Source of the DNA: Fibrobacteria bacterium
Lineage (GTDB): Bacteria; Fibrobacterota; Fibrobacteria; UBA11236; JADFYW01
Assembly: GCA_050294405.1 (NCBI GenBank)
Contig: JBNKOC010000008.1
Coordinates: 32,001 to 96,000, forward strand
Reading direction: 5' to 3'
Length of the DNA: 64,000 bases
Below are positions 48,517 through 59,571 of this stretch, piece by piece. Numbering within the stretch: the stretch's first letter is position 1; every line of letters starts with the position of its first letter. Made by a program: the position numbers and the translations under genes. The notes under the pieces were generated by a model. It did not search any database, was not told where the DNA came from, and saw only the letters and a program-made list of their open reading frames with translations.

Positions 48517-48538
48517 AAACGTATATATTAATAATATT

Positions 48539-48919
48539 ATGGGAACAACAATTAATGTGGCGGTACTGGGAGCAAGCTCCAACCCCGAACGTATTTCCAA
48601 CCAAGCAGTGGAAAGGCTGTTAAGCTATGGCCACAAGGTTTTTCCAATTCACCCCAAAGAAGAAGAAGTTCATGGACTCAAAGTTTTGCGGAAACTTTCA
48701 GATATTCCGGAAAAAATCCATACGCTTACTATGTATGTATCCGAAAAACTCTCCACTCCCATGACCGATGATATCTTAGCTCTGTCTCCAGAACGCATTA
48801 TCTTTAATCCCGGTGCAGAAAACCCCGGTTTGGCCTCTGTGGCCCAGGCTCAGGGCATTGAAACGGAAAATGCCTGTACATTAGTGCTTTTAGGTACAGG
48901 CCAATTTATAAATAGCTAA
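48539..48919 (+). CDS. CoA-binding protein (YccU-like)
   Basis: VLGAS.NPER.S, IFNPGAEN, ACTLV. Confidence 0.9.
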   Translation: MGTTINVAVLGASSNPERISNQAVERLLSYGHKVFPIHPKEEEVHGLKVLRKLSDIPEKIHTLTMYVSEKLSTPMTDDILALSPERIIFNPGAENPGLASVAQAQGIETENACTLVLLGTGQFINS

Positions 48920-48933
48920 ATAATTTGCTAAGC

Positions 48934-51417
48934 TCAGGCCACTGAATATTCCGGCCCCATCCATTTTGAAATTTCCATTTTAGAAAACTCTTTGGAGCCA
49001 TACTCTGCAGCCATCTTAATCAGGGGAGAAGCGCTATTTCTGTCTTCCAGTTCGATTATCCATTTGGACATTTTTACCAAATCGGGATGATTGTCCGCTA
49101 AAACTATGCAATGCCCCAATTTGGCCAAACTTAAAAGGGCAATGGCCAGCTTTTTTAGATCTTCAAAATGAAGTCCGTGGCTGGGACCATCTAATAAAAA
49201 TACACTGGGCTCTAGCCTGGAATTTGCCAATTGTAAGGCCAGCTTAATACGCTGGTTTTCTCCTCCGGACAGGCTTTCGGTATTTTGGTTGAGTGGTAAA
49301 TAGCCAAGGCCTAAAAGGTTTAAAATTTTAAGCTGCCGCATAATACGCGGGTAATTCCAAAAAAACTCCAAAGCATCATCCACAGTTAAAGATAAAGCTT
49401 CCCATATGTTTTTGCCTTTGATATATACATCTAAAATGTCGGGTTTATATCGTTTGCCCCCGCAATCTTCGCATAGGGTTTTTATTTCTCCCAAGCCTTC
49501 TACCTGGCTTTTGATTTGCCCGTGGCCCTGGCAACTGGGGCAAGCCCCTTCTTTGGTGTGGTTAGAAAAATGGGCGGCCTTGTACCCTCTTATTTTTGCT
49601 TCGGTGGTGGAAGCGTATAATTGCCTTAAAGGGCTGAACAGGGAAAGGGCCGTGGCCATCATGGAATTGGCCCGGCCACGAAGGGGGCTGCTGTCCATGA
49701 AAACCCAATTCATATCCGGGGCCAGGGAAGCATGCTTTGCTTTAAGGTCTACTAACATCCGGGATTTTCCACAAGCCGTTTTTCCGCATATGATGTTTAT
49801 GGCACCGCAAAGGAGCAGGGGCTCGGAAATCTTGGCTTTAATAATGTCCTTTAGTTTGATTTGTGTTTGGGTAGGTTTGGATTGGGGAAGAGCTAAGTCC
49901 CGACGGATTTCTTTCTCCAGGAAGTCTAACCGGAATCCTCCTTTATCTTTGAGATACTTTCCGGTTAAAGGCGAGGAAGTAAGGTCTTTTACCTTTCCTT
50001 CAAAAACCAATTGGCCTCCTTCTGGCCCTGCCCCTGGTCCAAATTCAAATACATAGGCGCAGCTTTTAATGATTTGCAAGTTGTGATCCACCACAATAAT
50101 ATGGTTGCCGTTATCTCTTAGACGTTTTAATATGGATATTAATTTGGGAATTTCTGAAGGGTGAAACCCTAAAGAAGGCTCGTCCAAAATATAGCAAAGC
50201 CCGGACATTTGGCTTTTTAAATGGCTAATGTATAGGCACCTTTGGAATTCTCCGGTGGATAATTGGGAAAGGGGGGCTCCAAGTTGCAAGTAGTCCATTT
50301 CAAGCTCAGCGAAATCAGCTATCCAGCTTAGGAGCCTTTCCAAAAAGGGTAAAGCAATGGCCTTGTCCTTAAGGCTGTAGCTATTTTCAAGGTCACTTTT
50401 GGAAAGCTCGGTAATTAAATTTCTAGCCCAAGGTAAAAGTTTTGAGAGTTCCCATTGCATCATTTCCGGCAGTGAGATGTCAGAAATTTTCCATTGGAAA
50501 ATTTCCGGGCTATATCTCGAACCACTACAATACGCACAATTCATTCCGCTTCCTTTGCAGGCAGGGCATGCTCCAAGGGGAGAAAAGTAGGAGAAATGGC
50601 TGAGGCTGGGCTGGTTAAAGCCAGCTTCATGGCCCTGGGCTTCGTAGCTGTTATAGTATATATGAAATTTTTCCTGGCTATAATCCCAAAGTCGCAGTTC
50701 TCCTTTGCCCCATTCGTAGGCGGTTTCCAGAGATTCCTGAATCCGTTTTTGCTGGCTGCCTTTCTCAAAGGAAGAGGCTGATAACATCCACCGGTCCACT
50801 AACAGGAAGCTATCTTTATTTTTAAGCTGCTCGGCTGTTACATCCTCCAAATCAAAGTTTTCTGATTCAATTTTAATTTTGGCAAAACCTGCTTTCCGGC
50901 ATTTTTCCAAAAGCTCTTCTCCCTTAATATTTTTCATATGGGATAAGGGTGCCAGCAGTTCCAATTTGTATTTAGAGTTTGGGTTTTTGTTGGCTTTTTC
51001 TTTGAGTTGCCTGAATATTTGGGGTGAGCTTGTGGTTTTAAGGATGTTTCCATTTTGATGAGGTCGGCTCAATTGGGCATAGAGTTTTTGTAATATATAA
51101 AGGAGGCCACTGTAGCTTCCTAAACTGGCCCGACCAGCTTTATTTACTTTTTCGCTGCGTATACAAAGGGCAGGGGTAAGGCCATCCATATTTTCTACTT
51201 CCGCTGCGTCTGGGAGTTCGGCTAGCCTTCTGATAAAGACGGATTGGGACTCTAAAAATTTGCGCTGGCTTTCCGCATACAATGTATCCACAGCCAATGA
51301 GGTTTTTCCGGAACCCGAAGGGCCTATAATGGCCACCAATTCTCCCTTGGGAATTTTGAGGTTTACCCCCTTTAAATTGTGAGTTTTTGCGTTTTGAATC
51401 TGAATGTAGTTGCGCAT
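48934..51417 (-). CDS. Shortened, divergent UvrA-like ABC ATPase
   Basis: HNLK, GPSGSGKTSLA.DTLYAE.QR, CxxC zinc fingers, GPGAG.EGG, LSGGENQR; 827 aa with degenerate motifs. Confidence 0.85.
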   Translation of the reverse strand: MRNYIQIQNAKTHNLKGVNLKIPKGELVAIIGPSGSGKTSLAVDTLYAESQRKFLESQSVFIRRLAELPDAAEVENMDGLTPALCIRSEKVNKAGRASLGSYSGLLYILQKLYAQLSRPHQNGNILKTTSSPQIFRQLKEKANKNPNSKYKLELLAPLSHMKNIKGEELLEKCRKAGFAKIKIESENFDLEDVTAEQLKNKDSFLLVDRWMLSASSFEKGSQQKRIQESLETAYEWGKGELRLWDYSQEKFHIYYNSYEAQGHEAGFNQPSLSHFSYFSPLGACPACKGSGMNCAYCSGSRYSPEIFQWKISDISLPEMMQWELSKLLPWARNLITELSKSDLENSYSLKDKAIALPFLERLLSWIADFAELEMDYLQLGAPLSQLSTGEFQRCLYISHLKSQMSGLCYILDEPSLGFHPSEIPKLISILKRLRDNGNHIIVVDHNLQIIKSCAYVFEFGPGAGPEGGQLVFEGKVKDLTSSPLTGKYLKDKGGFRLDFLEKEIRRDLALPQSKPTQTQIKLKDIIKAKISEPLLLCGAINIICGKTACGKSRMLVDLKAKHASLAPDMNWVFMDSSPLRGRANSMMATALSLFSPLRQLYASTTEAKIRGYKAAHFSNHTKEGACPSCQGHGQIKSQVEGLGEIKTLCEDCGGKRYKPDILDVYIKGKNIWEALSLTVDDALEFFWNYPRIMRQLKILNLLGLGYLPLNQNTESLSGGENQRIKLALQLANSRLEPSVFLLDGPSHGLHFEDLKKLAIALLSLAKLGHCIVLADNHPDLVKMSKWIIELEDRNSASPLIKMAAEYGSKEFSKMEISKWMGPEYSVA

Positions 51418-51472
51418 GACTTAGGGTGGTTTTTTAAATTTGCTAGTATATTTCTAAATAAATCACAGGACT

Positions 51473-51952
51473 ATGAAATTTACCAAAAAAACAGACTATG
51501 CCCTTCGCATAATGCAAATTTTAGCGAGGCAACCCCGTAAAGAGCTTTTGCCTATGAAAACTATGGCAGCAGATTATGGCATGTCCATTAAATTTTTGCA
51601 GTCGGTGGCCCGGGGGTTAACCCATGCAGGTCTGGTAAACTCCCGTTCGGGGCCCCACGGAGGACTTGGCTTGTCCCGGGAGCCTTCACGTATTTCTGTA
51701 TTGGAAATTATTGAAAGCGTAGAAGGCAAAATCAATCTAATGGATTGCCTGGATCATCCCCATATTTGTTCCAGCGCGAACATGTGCTCCATTATGGGCG
51801 TGCTTCAACAAGCTCAAAACGCGCTTATCGATACATTGAGAACCACCAGTTTAAAACGCATGGTGGAAAAGAAAAAAGATCCCTTTAACCAAATCCCCAG
51901 GGAAAACTTTCAAAATCCGGTGTACCATTGTCCGGTTGTGAAAGTTTCTTAA
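51473..51952 (+). CDS. Rrf2-family regulator with three Cys (possible Fe-S cluster)
   Basis: DYALR, SRSGPHGG, IIESVEG, CLDHPHICSSANMC. Confidence 0.9.
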   Translation: MKFTKKTDYALRIMQILARQPRKELLPMKTMAADYGMSIKFLQSVARGLTHAGLVNSRSGPHGGLGLSREPSRISVLEIIESVEGKINLMDCLDHPHICSSANMCSIMGVLQQAQNALIDTLRTTSLKRMVEKKKDPFNQIPRENFQNPVYHCPVVKVS

Positions 51953-52092
51953 GTTAAGCTGACAATTATAGACCAAACATCCTGATGTAATTGCTGGGGA
52001 TTGGTTTTTTCCTTGCCAATTTGTGTAGATGAGTAGTTTTTTTTGAAGATTTTGCTACACTTTTATGCGTCAAAATTAACAGGGTTTGCAAT

Positions 52093-53259
52093 ATGAAATT
52101 ACTCGAATACCAAGCTAAAAAGCTTTTGTCGGAAGTGGGCCTGCCTGTCCCTAAGGGGGAGCTGGTTACCGAAGTAGGGCAGGTTGATGCTGCTCTTCAA
52201 AAATTGGGAATTGAAAGGGGAGTGGCCAAAGCCCAGGCCTTTACCGGCGGTCGCGGTAAGGGTGGGGGAATAAAGCTGTTCAAATCCTCCGACGAAGCGA
52301 AAAGTTATGCCAAAGACATGCTGGGCATGACCCTGGTAACAAAGCAAACGGGCCCTGCGGGAACCTTAATCCATTCAGTTTATCTGGAAGAAGCCAGTGA
52401 AATTGATGTAGAACTTTATGTTGCCCTTACTTTGGACAGAGCAAAATCCTGTCCGGTTTTTATTCTCTGCCCCGAAGGCGGAATGGAAATTGAAGAAATT
52501 GCTGAAGAAACTCCTGAAAAAATTTTAAAACTCCATGCGCCACTTTCAACCGGGGTAAGCGATGAATTGCTCTCCCAAAGTGCGGAATTCATGGGAATTC
52601 CCGAAAAAAGCCAAGCCCAGTGGGGACAAGTGCTCAAAGGCCTTTTTGATATGTTTATAAAAAGAGATTGCTCCTTATTGGAAATCAACCCTCTTATCCT
52701 TACTAAATCCGGGGAGCTTTCCATTTTGGATTGCAAATTCAGCATTGACGATAACGCTCTGTTCCGCCAAAAAGATTCTGGCGGCGATCCCTATGCTGAG
52801 CTCACCAAGTCAGAAATTGAAGCCGAACAATACGGCTTAAATTATATTAAACTGGATGGCGATATTGGATGTATGGTAAACGGCGCAGGCCTTGCCATGG
52901 CTACCATGGATATTATCCAGCACTACGGCGCTGAGCCTGCCAACTTTTTAGATGTGGGCGGCTCTGCTTCGGAAGAGGCCGTCACCAAAGCTTTTCAAAT
53001 TATAACTTCCGACCCCAATGTTAAGGGCATATTGGTAAACATTTTTGGCGGCATTATGGAATGCGACAAAATTGCCAAGGGAATTGTTAATGCTGTTTCC
53101 ATATCCGGATTATCAGTTCCTCTGGTAGTCCGACTCTCTGGAACACACAGTGAAGAAGGCAAGGCCATAATTGATGGTTCCAATTTAAGTTTGCAAAGTG
53201 CGGAAACCCTTTCAGAGGGCGCCGAAAAAATCGTGGCAGCCGTAAAGGGAGGAAAATAA
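52093..53259 (+). CDS. sucC: Succinyl-CoA synthetase beta subunit
   Basis: [37 protein letters not shown]. Confidence 0.97.
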   Translation: MKLLEYQAKKLLSEVGLPVPKGELVTEVGQVDAALQKLGIERGVAKAQAFTGGRGKGGGIKLFKSSDEAKSYAKDMLGMTLVTKQTGPAGTLIHSVYLEEASEIDVELYVALTLDRAKSCPVFILCPEGGMEIEEIAEETPEKILKLHAPLSTGVSDELLSQSAEFMGIPEKSQAQWGQVLKGLFDMFIKRDCSLLEINPLILTKSGELSILDCKFSIDDNALFRQKDSGGDPYAELTKSEIEAEQYGLNYIKLDGDIGCMVNGAGLAMATMDIIQHYGAEPANFLDVGGSASEEAVTKAFQIITSDPNVKGILVNIFGGIMECDKIAKGIVNAVSISGLSVPLVVRLSGTHSEEGKAIIDGSNLSLQSAETLSEGAEKIVAAVKGGK

Positions 53260-53260
53260 C

Positions 53261-54133
53261 ATGGCCATTTTAATCAATGAAAATACCAAACTTTTAACTC
53301 AGGGCATCACCGGAAAAGCCGGTTTATTTCACTCATTGCGCTGCCGGGAATACGGTACCAATGTGGTAGGCGGAGTGACTCCAAAAAAAGGCGGAACCAC
53401 TGTGGAAGGTTTCCCGGTTTTTAATTCCGTTGCCGAATGTGTGGAAAGCACTGGCGCTAACACCACCATGATTTTTGTTCCACCTCCCTACGCAGCCGAT
53501 GCCATTATCGAAGCTGCCGATGCTGGCCTGGAACTTATTGTAGCCATCACCGAAGGTATTCCCGTAATGGATATGGTTCGCGTTAAAGAATATCTGGCAG
53601 ATAAAAAATCCATATTAGTTGGCCCAAATTGTCCGGGCATCGTAACATCTGGCGTTTGCAAGGTGGGCATCGCCCCAGGCATGGTTCACAAAAAAGGTAA
53701 AATTGGAATAGTTTCCCGTTCGGGCACCCTTACTTACGAAGCCGTTTACCAAACAACTCAGTTGGGCCTTGGTCAAACCACTGCAGTGGGCATCGGGGGT
53801 GATCCTGTTCATGGCCTCACTCACACCGAAGTAGTCAAAATGTTTAACGAAGATCCCGAAACCGAAGGAATTATATTAATCGGCGAAATTGGCGGCTCTG
53901 AAGAAGATGCAGCAGCAGCCTACATAAAAGAAAATGTTTCCAAACCTGTGGCTGCTTTTATTGCTGGCGCTTCCGCTCCCAAAGGAAAAAGAATGGGACA
54001 CGCTGGAGCGATTATCGAAGGCGGCGAAGGAACAGCTCAAAGTAAAATTGCCAAACTGAAGGATGCTGGTTGTTTTGTGGCCTCCACAGCGGCGGAAATT
54101 GGCGATATGATGGTGAAGGCCATGAAGAACTAA
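53261..54133 (+). CDS. sucD: Succinyl-CoA synthetase alpha subunit
   Basis: [26 protein letters not shown]. Confidence 0.97.
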   Translation: MAILINENTKLLTQGITGKAGLFHSLRCREYGTNVVGGVTPKKGGTTVEGFPVFNSVAECVESTGANTTMIFVPPPYAADAIIEAADAGLELIVAITEGIPVMDMVRVKEYLADKKSILVGPNCPGIVTSGVCKVGIAPGMVHKKGKIGIVSRSGTLTYEAVYQTTQLGLGQTTAVGIGGDPVHGLTHTEVVKMFNEDPETEGIILIGEIGGSEEDAAAAYIKENVSKPVAAFIAGASAPKGKRMGHAGAIIEGGEGTAQSKIAKLKDAGCFVASTAAEIGDMMVKAMKN

Positions 54134-55111
<978 letters not shown>

Positions 55112-55113
55112 GT

Positions 55114-55617
55114 TTAGTTCTGACTCAGCCTTTTGATGTAAAACAATATTAGCTCAAGCTCTTTATCTTTAATATCGAACTTGGGCATTAGGTTTTCCAT
55201 ATACCCATCGGGTATCTGGGAATTGGGTTCTCGAATTGAATTGCGGATGTACTCTTCATCCGCAATTATTTTTTTACCGTTGTTTAACACAACCTCCGAA
55301 CCGTACAACCCCTTAAAACTGGGCCCCCGAAATTTGGATCCATCCACAGAGTGGCATCCTAAACAACCGTATTGCCCCATTACCATGCTGGCTTCGAATT
55401 CTTTTTTGGCAATGGAATCCGCATTTTCCGTATTGTTGTCTTCGGTGGAGGGGTCTTTGTTCTCCGCGCTGCAATTGCTGAACAAAAATCCGGAAGCTAA
55501 TAAACATAGTCCTAAAAACTTAAGGGCAGCTCTAAAAATGCCTTCCCGGATTCGCGCGGCTGCATTTTCGCTCGGTCTCACCTTCGGAAAACCATTTTTA
55601 GAGCTGCCCTTATACAT
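55114..55617 (-). CDS. Monoheme cytochrome c, probable lipoprotein
   Basis: CLGCH, GPSFKGLYG, EEYIRNSI.EP, distal MP; resembles the cytochrome c domain of caa3-type CoxB; start uncertain. Confidence 0.8.
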   Translation of the reverse strand: MYKGSSKNGFPKVRPSENAAARIREGIFRAALKFLGLCLLASGFLFSNCSAENKDPSTEDNNTENADSIAKKEFEASMVMGQYGCLGCHSVDGSKFRGPSFKGLYGSEVVLNNGKKIIADEEYIRNSIREPNSQIPDGYMENLMPKFDIKDKELELILFYIKRLSQN

Positions 55618-56215
55618 AAACAATACCTTCACCTTGGCGAATAAGTTCAGGCTGGCCGTTTGTAAAATCAACAATGGTAGAAGGGCTGATGTTTAGAGGG
55701 CCCATGTCTGCCAAGGCGCTCACTGCGCTTTTTAAAAAAGGGTTTAAGGGTTCTGGAATTTCCGAAATCCCTGTTTCTGAATCGAACATGGATTTAATAA
55801 TAAGGGGATAATCCGAAGACTCCAATAAATGCGACATAAATTTTGAGGAGGGAAATTTAACTCCCATTTCAGGTCTTCTGGCTTCCAGAATTTTTTTTCC
55901 ATGGTTGGTCGCTGGTAAAATAAAAGTAAAGGGTCCGGGAATAAGGGGTTTCATGTATTTATAGGCAAAGTTTTCCACTGTGGCATATTCTGTAACCTGA
56001 CGCATATCTTTAAAAAGCAAGGTCCTGGAAGATTTATCGCTGGTCTCTCTTAATTTGTAAAACTTTTTTAAAGCCTGTTTGGAGCCCACATTGGCTGCAA
56101 TGCAATATCCCGAATCTGATGGGCATATAATCATGCCACCGTCCTCCAGAATTTTTACCAGGTTGTTTAAAAAGCGCTTTTCCGGGTCCTGGGGATGTAA
56201 CCTATAATATTCCAT
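55610..56215 (-). CDS. Sua5/YciO/YrdC-family protein
   Basis: HPQDP..R, PSDSGY, PGPFTFIL, STIVD, RQGEG. Confidence 0.85.
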   Translation of the reverse strand: MEYYRLHPQDPEKRFLNNLVKILEDGGMIICPSDSGYCIAANVGSKQALKKFYKLRETSDKSSRTLLFKDMRQVTEYATVENFAYKYMKPLIPGPFTFILPATNHGKKILEARRPEMGVKFPSSKFMSHLLESSDYPLIIKSMFDSETGISEIPEPLNPFLKSAVSALADMGPLNISPSTIVDFTNGQPELIRQGEGIVYV

Positions 56216-56250
56216 TTATCCTGCTCACTCTCCCAATATTAGCATTATCC

Positions 56251-56625
56251 TCATAAAATTGCCAAAAAAGCGTTTTTAAAATGAGAAATTTGGTAGGGAA
56301 AGCTGGACATGTTAACGCTTACAACATCAAAGCGGCAGTTACAGGGCTTTAACTTATTAAAGCTAAGCCAGGCATTGGCTATTTTATAAATTTGTTTTTT
56401 CTTTTTGGAGCCAACCCAGGATTCCGGTGTCCCGGCTGAATTGCTAAGGCTTGATTTTACTTCTATAAACACCAATTCTCCCTTTGGACAGCGTGCAATA
56501 ATATCTAATTCTCCCTTACGAATTCTGAAATTCTTGTCCAAAATTTTATAACCCCGGCTATGTAAAAACTTGCAGGCTATCAACTCCCCTAATTGGCCTT
56601 TTTGTCGGCTATTTGATGTATTCAT
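56251..56625 (-). CDS. yraN: YraN-family (UPF0102) nuclease
   Basis: GQLGE, GELDII, FIEVK, RFDVV. Confidence 0.9.
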   Translation of the reverse strand: MNTSNSRQKGQLGELIACKFLHSRGYKILDKNFRIRKGELDIIARCPKGELVFIEVKSSLSNSAGTPESWVGSKKKKQIYKIANAWLSFNKLKPCNCRFDVVSVNMSSFPYQISHFKNAFLAIL

Positions 56626-56702
56626 AAAACGCGGCAAATCACTAAATGATTTGCTGTAAAGCTAATTAATTTTGAATTATTGGTAACCCTGATTATTCAA
56701 GA

Positions 56703-58160
56703 TCATTCATAGGGCATGGCTAATAGCCTTATAGCCTTCACTTTAACCTGAGAAGCTTCCGGAAGAGAGTTTTCTAATTTCACCTCTAAATTTTCGGCGA
56801 TAAAATCAGGTAAATCCAAATATTGTGGTCCTGGAATAGCAGCTAATTCTAATCTGGCCTGCTCCCGCCCGGAGCTATGTAGGCTTAAAATTATTTGTTG
56901 GCCGGTTATCGCATTGGGCGCGGGGAGGAGATCCAGCGTTAAACCCATAATTAAAGATTGGGATTTTAATTGGACGGCTAAATTTAACCCTTCTAAGATG
57001 GGCAAGTCCAAATTGTCCAGTTTCACTTCTGCCGAAGTTTCATCAGAAAGAAGTTGGCTGCTTTTGGGGCTTATCCATTTTGAATTTTGTGATCTCGAAT
57101 CCAAAAACTTGTTTGCTAACCACATTCCCATAAAGCCCAGAACAAATATAAGTAAGGCCAGGGAAATAAAAGAGCGGGCGGACTTCACCTGAACCACTCT
57201 TCTTCTGTCTGTGGACCGCCTGTCCGTAATTCTTTTTTCAGGTCCTGTATCTTTTTGCTGGGGGGAAGTACTAAAAGGAAGACTATGGCTCGCTTTTTTA
57301 ATGGAGTCCATATCCTTCAACAATTCTGTGGCGTCTTTGTAGCGCTCTTCCTTATTTTTCTTGAGGCATTTTGCCACAATTAATTCCAGCCGTGGGTTTA
57401 CATTCTTTTTGAGTTTCGAAAGTAAGGGAGGGTTTTCGTGAACTTGTTTATATGCAATGGAAAGGGGGTTTTCTCCCATAAAAGGTGGTTTTCCGCAAAC
57501 CATTTCAAATAAAACCACGCCAAAGGAATAAATATCGCTTTGAAAATCAATTTTATGGCCTTGGCATTGCTCAGGCGACATGTATTCGGGAGTGCCCATA
57601 GCCATTCCGGTAGTGGTTAGGCGGGTTCCCCCAGGCGTTTGGGCAATTCCAAAGTCAGAGATGTAGGCTCTTCCATCTGAATCGAGCATTACATTGCCCG
57701 ACTTTATGTCGCGGTGAACAATTCCCTTCGAATGGGAATATTTTAGCCCGCGGCAAATTTGTTTGCCAATGTTAATGACTTCATCTTCAGGCAAACCTTT
57801 TTTGCGTTCAATAATTTTGCAAAGGGTTTCCCCCCGTATATATTGCATAGCAATATAGCGTCGGTGATCTATTTCCCCGTAATCGTAAATGGTAACAATA
57901 TTTTGATGTTGCAGGCGGGAAATGGCGAAAGCTTCGGAATTAAAGCGTTCGATAAAATCAGGAGTAGATAAAACCACAGGTAATACTTTTAAGGCGACGT
58001 ACCTATCCAGTTTAAGGTGCTTGGCTTTATATACATCGCCCATACCACCTCTGCCAAGGAGCTCTACAATGCGATAGGCGCCGAATTCAGAATTGATATT
58101 TAGGGACCCTGCTTTCATACTGGGCTTTGTGGGTGGGTCAAAGGTTATGGTTTCTGGCAT
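56703..58160 (-). CDS. Membrane Hanks-type Ser/Thr protein kinase
   Basis: GRGGMG, VALK, HRDIKSGN, DFG, GTPEYMSPE; one TM helix followed by an extracytoplasmic domain. Confidence 0.93.
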   Translation of the reverse strand: MPETITFDPPTKPSMKAGSLNINSEFGAYRIVELLGRGGMGDVYKAKHLKLDRYVALKVLPVVLSTPDFIERFNSEAFAISRLQHQNIVTIYDYGEIDHRRYIAMQYIRGETLCKIIERKKGLPEDEVINIGKQICRGLKYSHSKGIVHRDIKSGNVMLDSDGRAYISDFGIAQTPGGTRLTTTGMAMGTPEYMSPEQCQGHKIDFQSDIYSFGVVLFEMVCGKPPFMGENPLSIAYKQVHENPPLLSKLKKNVNPRLELIVAKCLKKNKEERYKDATELLKDMDSIKKASHSLPFSTSPQQKDTGPEKRITDRRSTDRRRVVQVKSARSFISLALLIFVLGFMGMWLANKFLDSRSQNSKWISPKSSQLLSDETSAEVKLDNLDLPILEGLNLAVQLKSQSLIMGLTLDLLPAPNAITGQQIILSLHSSGREQARLELAAIPGPQYLDLPDFIAENLEVKLENSLPEASQVKVKAIRLLAMPYE

Positions 58161-58292
58161 TTACTTCCCGGATAAATCATTTATCGAAAATAAAGATTTT
58201 AAGGGGCTTAGCACAAATGAATAATCTGGAAAATAAAAAGACAAGGAATCTTGAAATAAAGTTGTTGTACAGTTATGAACTGTAAACAAATT

Positions 58293-58367
58293 CTCCCTCA
58301 AGCTCGCCGGGTCGTTAATTTATGTATCCTGGGCTCCTCTTCGAGCGTCTAATCTGAAGTCGCGATC
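58293..58367. repeat. Dispersed intergenic 75-bp element, copy 2
   Basis: Ungapped alignment to 42196-42270. Confidence 0.7.
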
Positions 58368-58368
58368 C

Positions 58369-59571
58369 TCAATTTTTTGAGCGACCCAGAAGCTCTAAAA
58401 GTCCAGTTTTTAGCCTTTCAAGTCCTTTTTCTAAATCAGAAACATCGCTGGTAAAAGACATTCTGGCCCATCCTTCAATTCCAAATGCACTACCGGGCAC
58501 CAGGGCTAATTTTTGTTTTTCCAGGAACCAATGGCAAAACTCTTCACTGCTTTTAATAGGTTTTTCCTTATTTAAGAAGTTGGAAATGTTAAGTAAAAAG
58601 TAAAAGGCTCCTTCGGGACTAATAAAAGACAGTTTTTCAATACCCTTAAGTTTACTTTCCACAAGTTCTTTTCTTTTTGAAAGGCTGTCTCTCAAATCAT
58701 CAATATAGGATTGCGCTTTTTCATAAGCACCCAGGGCGGCATATTGGGAGGGAAGGGAAGGATGATGGGTGGATTGGCCTTGAAAAGCAGTGATTAACTT
58801 GGCAATGGGGGTGGGGGCTGCGGTAAAGCCAATTCGGTAACCGGTCATGGCATAGCGTTTGGAAACTCCATTGATAATTATGGTTCGCTGATACATTTCC
58901 CGCGACAAAGATGCAGGACTTTGAATGGAACTCTCTCCATAAACAAGGCTCTCGTATATTTCATCAGAAAGGCAGTACAAATCATTTTCCGCAATTATTT
59001 GCCCTAACTTTTCCAACTCTTCCCCATCAATAACGGTCCCAGAAGGGTTGTTGGGTGAATTTAAAACGATGGCCTTGGTTTTTGGACTTATGTATTGGGC
59101 TATATCCTTGGCTTGAGGCTTAAAATTTTTTTTAGCGTCCGTGGGAATTATTTTTGGAACCGCTCCTAAGAGACGTACCAGTTCCGGGTAGGTAACCCAG
59201 TAGGGCGAAAAAATCAAAATTTCATCCCCTGGATTGATAACCGCGTTTAACGCATTAAAAAAGGCGTGCTTAGCTCCAGAGGAAACAGTGATATCTTGGG
59301 GCTGGTAATGGAGATTGTTTTCTATTTCTAATTTTTTACAAATAGCTTTTCGCAATTCTAACAATCCCGCAGGAGAATTGTATTTGGAATAATCTTTTTC
59401 AATAGCCTTAATAGCGTTTTTTTTTGCCTGCTCTGGCGAGGCTTCTTTAGGTTCGCCGCTGGTAAGGTTAATGATATCTTCTCCCCTGGCTTGCATTTCC
59501 TTAGCCAGGGAGTCTAAGGAAACTGTTACAGATGGAGCCAAGTCTAAAATTTTATGGGAGAGGGCTTTCAC
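58369..59571 (-). CDS. Class I PLP-dependent (aspartate-type) aminotransferase
   Basis: GAKHA, PYWVTY, NSPNNPSG, SDEIY, SKRYAMTGYRIG. Confidence 0.92.
   Translation of the reverse strand: MKALSHKILDLAPSVTVSLDSLAKEMQARGEDIINLTSGEPKEASPEQAKKNAIKAIEKDYSKYNSPAGLLELRKAICKKLEIENNLHYQPQDITVSSGAKHAFFNALNAVINPGDEILIFSPYWVTYPELVRLLGAVPKIIPTDAKKNFKPQAKDIAQYISPKTKAIVLNSPNNPSGTVIDGEELEKLGQIIAENDLYCLSDEIYESLVYGESSIQSPASLSREMYQRTIIINGVSKRYAMTGYRIGFTAAPTPIAKLITAFQGQSTHHPSLPSQYAALGAYEKAQSYIDDLRDSLSKRKELVESKLKGIEKLSFISPEGAFYFLLNISNFLNKEKPIKSSEEFCHWFLEKQKLALVPGSAFGIEGWARMSFTSDVSDLEKGLERLKTGLLELLGRSKN

Noticed and set aside
49406..50056. Long antisense ORFs (also 33964-34470, 36191-36727, 39416-39949, 59895-60407)
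   Set aside because: They are shadows of well-supported genes on the opposite strand and have no recognisable motifs.
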